A stretch of 32,000 nucleotides of DNA from Parasynechococcus marenigrum WH 8102. Lineage in GTDB: Bacteria > Cyanobacteriota > Cyanobacteriia > PCC-6307 > Cyanobiaceae. A program made the position numbers and the translations under genes. The notes beneath the pieces were generated by a model that searched no databases, was not told where the DNA came from, and was given only the letters and a program-made list of their open reading frames with translations. Of the stretch, positions 18,356 through 25,321 are shown in pieces. The stretch is from assembly GCF_000195975.1 (NCBI RefSeq), contig NC_005070.1, positions 1,290,001 through 1,322,000 of the forward strand. Reading direction: 5' to 3'. Positions within the stretch are counted from its first letter, which is position 1; each line of letters begins with the position of its first letter.

Positions 18356-19091
18356 AGAGTTGGGTCGCGCAGGCGATGCGGGACCCTGTGCAGATCGCTG
18401 GTGGAGGTGCCACGTTGAGGGCAAGTTGCTGGCGCTTCTCGTCGCGGATACGGCGCAGCTCATGAAGATTCACGTCGTAGAAGGAACGGAGCCGTGAATA
18501 CTTTTTGACGGGCTGGCCGTAAAAACTGCGTCCGGCAAGGGTCGGGAACGATGCCCACTCGGGAGCCAGCATGGCAGTCAGCACCGGAGTGAGTGTTCCG
18601 GAATCCGTCAGACCGAGGGCCTTGCGACGCTGGATCAGGAACAGCGCGCCCTGGTCCTGGGCTTCAGGCCCGAACCCCCGTACACCGATGCTGCGCTTCA
18701 CCAGGTTCCAGGTGAATGGCATGAATTGGTACGCACCTGCTGCGGCACTGGCGTAGCGCGATCGGTAGATCACACGGTTGGGATGGCGGTCGAGCGAGGG
18801 CATCAGGCCTCCGCCGAACATCACGCGATAGCCCACATCAAGCCCACCCTTCCAGGTGCCTTCAGCGAAGCGGATGGTGTTGAGCATCGCCCGGCGTTCC
18901 GGGGTGATCACATAGGGGATGGCCCGGGACGGAACGGCATCGGGCTCACTGAGCAGCTGAGCACGGGAATCAGAAGGAAGAAGCGTCGCCGCAGTGGGGG
19001 AAGGCGAAACCACCAGCGGCAGGGAACCTGCGATGACGGCAGCGGCAAGCGACTTGCGACCGATCAGAGCGCGGATAGCCATAAGGAGCAT
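18354..19091 (-). CDS. Phage-lambda-R-like lytic transglycosylase (GH104-like) with N-terminal signal/anchor
   Basis: MLNTIRFAEGT...GYRVMFGGGLMPSLDRHP...SAAAGAYQFMPFTW...FGPEAQDQGALFLIQRRKAL...WASFPTLAGRSFYGQ aligns by eye with lambda R (LDMLAWSEGT...GYDVIVGG...DHP...STGAGRYQLL...FSPKSQDAVALQQIKERGAL...WASLPGAGYGQ). Confidence 0.78.
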   Translation of the reverse strand: MLLMAIRALIGRKSLAAAVIAGSLPLVVSPSPTAATLLPSDSRAQLLSEPDAVPSRAIPYVITPERRAMLNTIRFAEGTWKGGLDVGYRVMFGGGLMPSLDRHPNRVIYRSRYASAAAGAYQFMPFTWNLVKRSIGVRGFGPEAQDQGALFLIQRRKALGLTDSGTLTPVLTAMLAPEWASFPTLAGRSFYGQPVKKYSRLRSFYDVNLHELRRIRDEKRQQLALNVAPPPAICTGSRIACATQL

Positions 19092-19295
19092 TCAGGGAGC
19101 AGATCTGCAACGGAGGCCGAGACAATCAGAAGCGGATAATTGTCTTCAGCGAGCGAAAAGAATACATTTTCCTTTCTTCATGACTTTGTCGAAGACGGAT
19201 ACAAGAGCAATAGGCATATATGCCAGTCAACAAATCGACCATTGCATCAACGCCGGCAAAATGTCGCCACTGACTCACATTTTATTTTTTTGTAG

Positions 19296-20384
19296 TTAAT
19301 AACACAATTGGTCGCAGACCCGGACCAGCTGCTCAGCCGCCTGCAGCGCCCCACCAGACGACAGCGGCTCCGCCTCGGCAGGCAACAGCGGTTGATCCAG
19401 CTGCCAATCACTGCCCATCAACTGATCGCGGCTCAGCAGTCGGTGACGTCCATGCCGCGTCAGGCCCTGCATCAAGGCGCTGACTTCAGCGAAATCCCTG
19501 CGCACCACCACATGCAGGCCCAGATCAAGCGATAGGGCCTCACAGAAGGTGCTGAAGCCCGGCTTGCCGATGTGCCGCTCGCAGTAGGGAAACGCGTCCA
19601 TGGGACGCACCCCGGCCGGCAACAGCGTCAGGTTGGCGATACCGGCCAATCGCGCGGAGGTCTGCGGATCGGGCGGACAGGCCATCAGGAAGTGATGATC
19701 CGGCCAGTGGACGAACAGCTGCGGATCCAGCTCCAAACCCATTCCACCGAAGCCCACCTGGATGATCGGTGAGTCCATGTCCGCCAGAAACGCTTTCAGG
19801 GCGTCCGGCAGGGCCCTGGGGGTGCCGCAGACCAGGTCGAGCCGTTGTTCAGGCAGCCCCCAGTCCATAGCGAGATCAAAGGGGCAGCGCAGCAACAGCT
19901 GCCCACACCGGTACGCCGCCTGCGCACGCTCCGCCATCAGCTCAAACGCGCCGCCGAAGGGGCGATAGATCGCATCCCAGCCGAAATTGCTCATCCACAC
20001 CAGAGGCGCATCAAGGGCTTCAGCCAGCAACGCCGCAGCGGGAGGAATGTCCCCCAGGATCAACACCGGCAACCCCTGCTCGCGCAGCCAGCTCACCTCC
20101 GACTGAATTTGCTCCGGCAGTCGGGCATCGAGTTCCGCCAGGGCGATCAGCGTGGCGGATGGATCGGAACCGAGCGCATCGGCCTGCACCATCCCCACAT
20201 CCCAGCGACAGGGACGTTGTTCGATGCCCCCATCCCCCAGCAACAGCGACAGAAAGCCAGGACTGACAATCGAACTCATCACCAGTCGCCAATCGGGCCG
20301 AAGCCGGCGCAGCTGCTGGAGCACAGCGGCATCCCTGGCGGCATGGCCAAAGCCATGGCTGCTGCTGCAGACGTAGATCAGCAC
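19296..20384 (-). CDS. Putative GT-B-fold glycosyltransferase-like protein
   Basis: 362 aa. The N-terminus is MLIYVCSSSHGFGHAARDAAVLQQL (the G-rich H-G-x-G-H loop typical of MGT/GT28-like enzymes). The GTG start overlaps the upstream metallophosphoesterase stop by 7 nt. Confidence 0.55.
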   Translation of the reverse strand: MLIYVCSSSHGFGHAARDAAVLQQLRRLRPDWRLVMSSIVSPGFLSLLLGDGGIEQRPCRWDVGMVQADALGSDPSATLIALAELDARLPEQIQSEVSWLREQGLPVLILGDIPPAAALLAEALDAPLVWMSNFGWDAIYRPFGGAFELMAERAQAAYRCGQLLLRCPFDLAMDWGLPEQRLDLVCGTPRALPDALKAFLADMDSPIIQVGFGGMGLELDPQLFVHWPDHHFLMACPPDPQTSARLAGIANLTLLPAGVRPMDAFPYCERHIGKPGFSTFCEALSLDLGLHVVVRRDFAEVSALMQGLTRHGRHRLLSRDQLMGSDWQLDQPLLPAEAEPLSSGGALQAAEQLVRVCDQLCY

Positions 20385-21235
20385 GCCAGAGGCTCCTGTT
20401 GTGGCAACAGCTCCTCATGCATCAGTTGGCCGTCCGGTTGATACCAGCGGTGGCTGAGGTGCGTCAGGGCAGGCCCCTCGAACTCCGCCCAGGAGAGATG
20501 CAACAAAAGCTTGTTGCCGGTATCGCGACCGCTGCGGGGGACGCAGGCGGCATTGAGATACGCCGTGCCACGGCGATCACGCAGCAGGCTCTGGCGCAGA
20601 CCGGAGCCTCGTTTGAGCTGGTGATGCATGTGGCCGAACACCACCAGATCGGGAACACGGTGGCGAGCGATGCGATCGATGGCCAGGGCCAGATCCTGAT
20701 CGCCCCAGTCCAGAGCTGGGATTTTCCAGTCACGACCGCAGGGGCTGGCGGGATCCGAGCCGAGACCGGTGGGTCCGCAGTGGGCCATCACCACCAAGGG
20801 CTGATCCGCAGGCACCTCAGCAGCAGCTGTCGCAATGCGCTGCGCCGATTCCTCCAACGACACGGGGCCGTAAACGGCCTCAACGGCTTTCGACAGCTGG
20901 AACCCGCCACCGGAACTGCAGGGTCGCCCCCCCACGATCGACAGCGGCAAGGGGTCGAGACGAAGCCGTTGCCAGGCGCAGTGAACACCATCCAACAGAG
21001 TGAGTTGCTGGCGCAGCACACCACCGCTGCGGTCTCGTCCACGATCGTGATTGCCCAGGATCACCGCCTTGGGATGGGGCAAGGAACGGATCCGACGGGT
21101 CAAGCGCAGATCGCCATCGCTGAGATCACCGACGAACAGAACAGCATCGGGGCGAAGCTGGTTCAGCAGGCGCTCATCCTCCGCACCCCAGGCGCCGTGC
21201 AGATCTCCTGCAATCGCGAGACGGAGATGCGTCAG
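20378..21235 (-). CDS. Calcineurin-like metallophosphoesterase (cyanobacterial/plant TIGR04168-like by memory), non-canonical start
   Basis: Motifs GDLHG, GDLSDGD, GNHD, MAHCGP and FGHMHH are all in one frame. The first two lie upstream of the only TTG (21103). Between the in-frame TAG (21247..21245) and 21103 there is no ATG/GTG/TTG. The candidate starts are CTG at 21235 or ATT at 21214. Confidence 0.8.
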   Translation of the reverse strand: MTHLRLAIAGDLHGAWGAEDERLLNQLRPDAVLFVGDLSDGDLRLTRRIRSLPHPKAVILGNHDRGRDRSGGVLRQQLTLLDGVHCAWQRLRLDPLPLSIVGGRPCSSGGGFQLSKAVEAVYGPVSLEESAQRIATAAAEVPADQPLVVMAHCGPTGLGSDPASPCGRDWKIPALDWGDQDLALAIDRIARHRVPDLVVFGHMHHQLKRGSGLRQSLLRDRRGTAYLNAACVPRSGRDTGNKLLLHLSWAEFEGPALTHLSHRWYQPDGQLMHEELLPQQEPLAC

Positions 21236-21280
21236 AGCAGATGCCTAGGCTAGGTCCCATCCTGCCCCGTCCAGACTCCG

Positions 21281-22213
21281 ATGAGCGCTGACACCGCCCT
21301 CGTTGCGGCGATCAACCGACTCCGGCAGGAGCGCAATGCTGTGATCCTGGCGCACTATTACCAGGAACCTGAGATCCAGGACATCGCTGATTTCATCGGT
21401 GATTCACTCGAGCTGTCCCGCAAGGCCGCCAGCACCGATGCCGATGTGATCGCCTTCTGCGGTGTCCACTTCATGGCGGAAACCGCCAAGATCCTCAGCC
21501 CGCAGAAAACGGTCGTGCTGCCGGACCTTGATGCCGGCTGCTCCCTGGCAGACGATTGTCCAGCAGAGGACTTCGCGGCCTTCCGCCAGAAGCATCCGGA
21601 CCACCTCGTGGTGAGTTACATCAATTGCACCGCGGCCGTGAAGGCTCAGAGCGATCTGATCTGCACCAGCAGCAATGCCGTGGATCTGGTCCGCCAGCTA
21701 CCCGCAGACAGGCCCGTTCTGTTTGCTCCGGATCAGAACCTGGGCCGCTGGGTGCAACAACAGAGTGGACGGGAACTGACCCTCTGGCCGGGACGCTGCA
21801 TCGTCCATGAAACCTTCAGTGAGGAGGCGGTTCTCCAACTCAAGCTTGAGCACCCCGATGCCGAGGTGATCGCCCACCCGGAGTGCCAGGAGAACCTGCT
21901 CGACCTGGCGGACTTCATCGGCTCCACCAGCAAGCTGCTGAACCACACGCAATCCAGTGCGGCTGACACCTTCATTGTTCTGACGGAGCCGGGAATCCTG
22001 CATCAGATGAAGCAGCGGGTACCGACCAAAACCCTGATCGATGTACCGGGACTCGATGGCTGCAGCTGCAATGCCTGCCCCTACATGCGTCTGAACACAC
22101 TGCAGAAACTGCACGATTGCCTGGAGACGCTTGAACCGGCGGTGGAACTCAACGAGGAGCTCCGCCAGCAAGCCCTCAGACCGATCGAGCGGATGCTGGA
22201 ACTGAGTCGCTGA
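21281..22213 (+). CDS. nadA: Quinolinate synthase A
   Basis: 310 aa. It has [38 protein letters not shown] and conserved Cys residues for the 4Fe-4S cluster. Confidence 0.95.
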   Translation: MSADTALVAAINRLRQERNAVILAHYYQEPEIQDIADFIGDSLELSRKAASTDADVIAFCGVHFMAETAKILSPQKTVVLPDLDAGCSLADDCPAEDFAAFRQKHPDHLVVSYINCTAAVKAQSDLICTSSNAVDLVRQLPADRPVLFAPDQNLGRWVQQQSGRELTLWPGRCIVHETFSEEAVLQLKLEHPDAEVIAHPECQENLLDLADFIGSTSKLLNHTQSSAADTFIVLTEPGILHQMKQRVPTKTLIDVPGLDGCSCNACPYMRLNTLQKLHDCLETLEPAVELNEELRQQALRPIERMLELSR

Positions 22214-22224
22214 GGCCAGCCAGC

Positions 22225-22380
22225 TCATTCATCGTCGTATCCGTCGTCGTAGAGATCGTTGAAGCGTTCCACACCAGCCTCACGGAACCGAAACACCGGC
22301 GGTCGTTCAGAGGATCGTGATCGTGGCTCGTGCTCCGCAGCCCAGGGTTCGCGGAAATCGCAGTTGTCGTCTGGCCGCAT
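22225..22380 (-). CDS. Candidate 51-aa acidic-tailed small protein
   Basis: Below the ORF-track cut-off. The translation is MRPDDNCDFREPWAAEHEPRSRSSERPPVFRFREAGVERFNDLYDDGYDDE. It starts at ATG and fills an otherwise empty 209-nt gap. No family is recognised. Confidence 0.3.
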   Translation of the reverse strand: MRPDDNCDFREPWAAEHEPRSRSSERPPVFRFREAGVERFNDLYDDGYDDE

Positions 22381-22422
22381 CGGTCTGCTGGCGTGCCTGT
22401 TGATCCTCCCAGGTGATCAGCC

Positions 22423-23409
22423 GTGATTGAACGCACCCCTGAGGGGCTGTACTGCCGAGCGGCCGATGCCTGGGTCGACCCCTGGCGTCCGGTCCCCAGA
22501 GCCCTGATCACCCATGCCCATGCCGACCATGCCCGTCCCGGATGCGGTGAGTACTGGGCCGTGGCAAACAGTGAAGGCGTGCTACGCCAGCGCCTCGGGC
22601 AAGACATCAGCCTGCATCCGGTTCAGTACGGAGTGGAACACTGGCTCGGGCAATGCCGCGTGTCGTTCCACAGCGCCGGTCACGTGTTGGGGTCGGCCCA
22701 GATCCGCCTTGAGGTGGATGGTGAAGTGTGGGTGGTGAGCGGGGATTACAAGCGGGATGCCGATCCCAGCTGCGATCCGTTTGAACCGGTTCCCTGCGAC
22801 GTGCTGATCACCGAGGCCACCTTCGGGCTGCCCATCTATCGCTGGCAAACCGGGGCGGAGGTTGCCAATGAAATTCGGGCCTGGTGGCAGGGTGATCGAC
22901 AGAGACCATCACTGCTGTTCTGTTATGCCTTCGGCAAGGCGCAGCGACTGATGGCGGAGCTAAACGCCATCGGCGTGGACGACGAAGTGCTTCTGCACGG
23001 CGCCGTTGAAGCCGTGACCCGCCACTACCGGGCCGCCGCTGTCTCCATGACACCCAGCCGGCCGGTGAGTGATCTCCCAAGATCGGACAACCTGGCCGGA
23101 CGTCTGGTGCTGGCGCCACCATCCGCCCATCGCTCCAGCTGGATGCGGCGGTTCCGCTCTCCTCAAACGGGTTTTGCCTCAGGCTGGATGGCCGTTCGGG
23201 GCGCCAGGCGTCGGCGGGGTTACGAACGCGGCTTTGTGCTGAGCGATCACGCCGACTGGCCTGGGTTGATTCAGACGGTGCGCCAGTCCGGAGCACGCAA
23301 GGTTTATGTGACCCACGGTCAGAGTGATGTTCTGGCCCGTTATCTGCGCGAAGTCGAGGGGATCGAGGCGGAGCCCCTTGAAACCTTGTTCGAAGGGGAA
23401 GCGGATTAA
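22423..23409 (+). CDS. Ligase-associated DNA damage response exonuclease (metallo-beta-lactamase / beta-CASP fold)
   Basis: 328 aa. It has GLYCRAADAWVDPWRPVPRALITHAHADHARPG (the HxHxDH motif) and the C-terminal ...LSDHADWPGLIQTV...YVTHG. Confidence 0.85.
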   Translation: MIERTPEGLYCRAADAWVDPWRPVPRALITHAHADHARPGCGEYWAVANSEGVLRQRLGQDISLHPVQYGVEHWLGQCRVSFHSAGHVLGSAQIRLEVDGEVWVVSGDYKRDADPSCDPFEPVPCDVLITEATFGLPIYRWQTGAEVANEIRAWWQGDRQRPSLLFCYAFGKAQRLMAELNAIGVDDEVLLHGAVEAVTRHYRAAAVSMTPSRPVSDLPRSDNLAGRLVLAPPSAHRSSWMRRFRSPQTGFASGWMAVRGARRRRGYERGFVLSDHADWPGLIQTVRQSGARKVYVTHGQSDVLARYLREVEGIEAEPLETLFEGEAD

Positions 23410-23660
23410 AACTTGGCGATGCCGTCGGGAAGCTCAGGCAGATTGAGATTGGCCTGTCGACCTTCAATCGCCGCTGTCAACGACTCAATCATCATGGCGT
23501 TGCCGCTGTCTTTGATGGCCTCAAGAGCAGCCTCAAGGCGGCGACGGCGATCCGAAGGGTCATCGGCTACCGCGGTGGTGGAGACGCTGCTCTGCGAAAC
23601 CGTGTTGGTGGCGCGCACTCGATCCAGCTGAGTGGCGAGGTTCTCCCAGAGCAAAGCCAT
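23406..23660 (-). CDS. Hypothetical 84-aa protein
   Basis: Third codon positions are GC-rich and coding-like. Its stop shares the palindromic TTAA with the exonuclease stop. No family is recognised. Confidence 0.5.
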   Translation of the reverse strand: MALLWENLATQLDRVRATNTVSQSSVSTTAVADDPSDRRRRLEAALEAIKDSGNAMMIESLTAAIEGRQANLNLPELPDGIAKF

Positions 23661-23811
23661 GTCGAGTGATCGTGATGGAACAACTGTCGATCAGAACAGG
23701 ACAGTTCCGACGGACCACGACAACAGTTCGCGTCAAAGACTTACAAATGTTCTCTTAACATTCAATGTTTTTTATGGCATCCCATATCGGGACAGGGTTA
23801 CCGCGGTGTGA

Positions 23812-24531
23812 GTGACGTCCAGAGGGTCTGTGGGAGCTGCGCCGAAGCCCATCAACGAGGTTGAGCGACTCCGCGCGCTCAGTGAATACAGAATTCTCGG
23901 GACAAAGCCTGAAGAGAGTTACGACAACATCACCAGCATGGCGGCCATGATCTGCCATGCTCCGATCGCTTTAATCTCCCTGGTGGATCAAAGTCGGCAA
24001 TGGTTTAAATCGAGGGTTGGATGTGACCAGCAACAAACAGAGCGGGATATTTCCTTCTGTGCCCACACCATTCTGAATCCCCAACCACTGATCGTTGAGG
24101 ATGCTTTGTTTGATCAACGGTTCCAGGACAATCCACTGGTGCGGGAAGATCCCAACATCCGGCTTTATGCAGGCTTTCCACTCAACACACCAAATGATCA
24201 AAGGATTGGCACCCTCTGTGTGATTGATCGGATGCCGAAATCATTGACGAGCATTCAGATTCAGGTGATGAAACGATTGGCGGATCAAGTGGTCACACTG
24301 CTGGAACTCCGCAGGAGATCCCTGGATCTTCTGGAAGAGTTCTGCAAACTTCAAGACAGCAAAGGCTTGATCTGCAGTTGCAGCTACTGCCGCAAGATCC
24401 GGGATGGCAACGGAAGCTGGCAGCCATTCGAGGATTACATGATGCGGCACAGCACCTTGAACTTCAGCCATGGGATCTGTCAGGGCTGCATGTCCGAGCA
24501 CTTCCCGGAGGTCAGCCGGGCAGGCTGTTAA
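23812..24531 (+). CDS. GAF-domain sensor protein with C-terminal Cys/His-rich module
   Basis: 239 aa with a GTG start. NEVERLRALSEYRILGTKPEESYDNITSMAAMICHAPIALISLVD...FCAHTI...LYAGFPL...IGTLCVID is a GAF domain. The C-terminus (24373-24513) is CSCSYCRKIRDGNGSWQPFEDYMMRHSTLNFSHGICQGCMSEHFPEV. Confidence 0.85.
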   Translation: MTSRGSVGAAPKPINEVERLRALSEYRILGTKPEESYDNITSMAAMICHAPIALISLVDQSRQWFKSRVGCDQQQTERDISFCAHTILNPQPLIVEDALFDQRFQDNPLVREDPNIRLYAGFPLNTPNDQRIGTLCVIDRMPKSLTSIQIQVMKRLADQVVTLLELRRRSLDLLEEFCKLQDSKGLICSCSYCRKIRDGNGSWQPFEDYMMRHSTLNFSHGICQGCMSEHFPEVSRAGC

Positions 24532-25284
24532 CTACCAACTCCGATACGCAAGTCGTCCCATCAACTCCCGGAGAGCCCGGGAACTGTCATCCAGGCTGCG
24601 GGAATTGGGTAGCCATTGCAGCGGGTCACGCCAGATGAAACCAGCCCAAGCGGCGCGGGCTTGAAAATCCACCGGATAGGGAAGAACCGTCAGCCCCTGT
24701 CGTTCAAACAGCACCTGAGCTCGTCGCATGTGAAACGCACTGGTGACCAGAAGCACCCTTGGCTGATCCTGAGGGAGTAGACGACGGATCGCGTTCGCTT
24801 CCTGGGCTGTGTTCGTCACCCGATCCGTCAACCCAATGGACGTCGCGGGCACACCAAGGTCCACGGCCTCAGCCCGATAGAGCTCACCCTCCGGCGGAAG
24901 ACCCGGATGAAAAGGGTTCTGTCCACGTGTGAACAGCAACCGTGATGCCCGGCCTGACTGAAACAGTGCAACGCCCGCCAGGAAGCGATCGGGATCGTGC
25001 CACTCACTGATCTGGGCTGGACCCGGGGCTGGATGTCGTCCACCGCTGAGCACAACGATGGCATCGGCCAACGGTGCACGCTCCACCGAGCGCCGTTGAT
25101 AGGGATGTTCCACCCATCGCCACAACAATTGAGACACAACGCCTGTACTGAAGATCCACAGCAGCGACATCGCCGCGACAACCGGCCAGTGACGACGCTG
25201 CAGGACGGCCAAGGCAAGCAGTCCCAGAGCGGCTCCAAGGGGAAGGACCAGGAGCGGCAGAATCTTGGATAGTAGATAGGCCAC
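24532..25284 (-). CDS. YdcF/ElyC-type DUF218 family protein
   Basis: 250 aa. It has N-terminal TM helices, then AIVVLSGG...LLVTSAFHMRRAQVLFERQGLTVLPYPVDF. The stop directly abuts the GAF gene stop. Confidence 0.85.
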   Translation of the reverse strand: MAYLLSKILPLLVLPLGAALGLLALAVLQRRHWPVVAAMSLLWIFSTGVVSQLLWRWVEHPYQRRSVERAPLADAIVVLSGGRHPAPGPAQISEWHDPDRFLAGVALFQSGRASRLLFTRGQNPFHPGLPPEGELYRAEAVDLGVPATSIGLTDRVTNTAQEANAIRRLLPQDQPRVLLVTSAFHMRRAQVLFERQGLTVLPYPVDFQARAAWAGFIWRDPLQWLPNSRSLDDSSRALRELMGRLAYRSW

Positions 25285-25321
25285 GACATCAGGAGGGTCT
25301 CACTGGTCAGGATGCCCCCAG

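Noticed and set aside
19181-19299. A 39-aa ATG ORF (MTLSKTDTRAIGIYASQQIDHCINAGKMSPLTHILFFCS) in the AT-rich spacer.
   Set aside because: It has no SD and its codon usage is unlike the local genes. It coincides with the palindrome and promoter-like elements, so it is more likely non-coding.
19292-19305. An NtcA-like site (GTA-N8-CAC on +, GTG-N8-TAC on -) upstream of the lytic transglycosylase gene.
   Set aside because: It overlaps the stop codon of the upstream gene. The only -10-like hexamer (TAAAAT on the minus strand) lies about 7 nt away instead of the roughly 22 nt seen at NtcA-activated promoters.
20378-21235. The idea that this metallophosphoesterase is the missing PdeM/MPE nuclease of the nearby ligase/helicase system.
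   Set aside because: It is on the opposite strand, is separated by nadA, and overlaps a glycosyltransferase-like gene in a different operon. Its sequence (LAIAGDLHG...GNHDRGRD...FGHMHHQL, about 285 aa) resembles the cyanobacterial/plant TIGR04168-type enzymes rather than the shorter PdeM pattern as I recall it. An HMM test is still needed.
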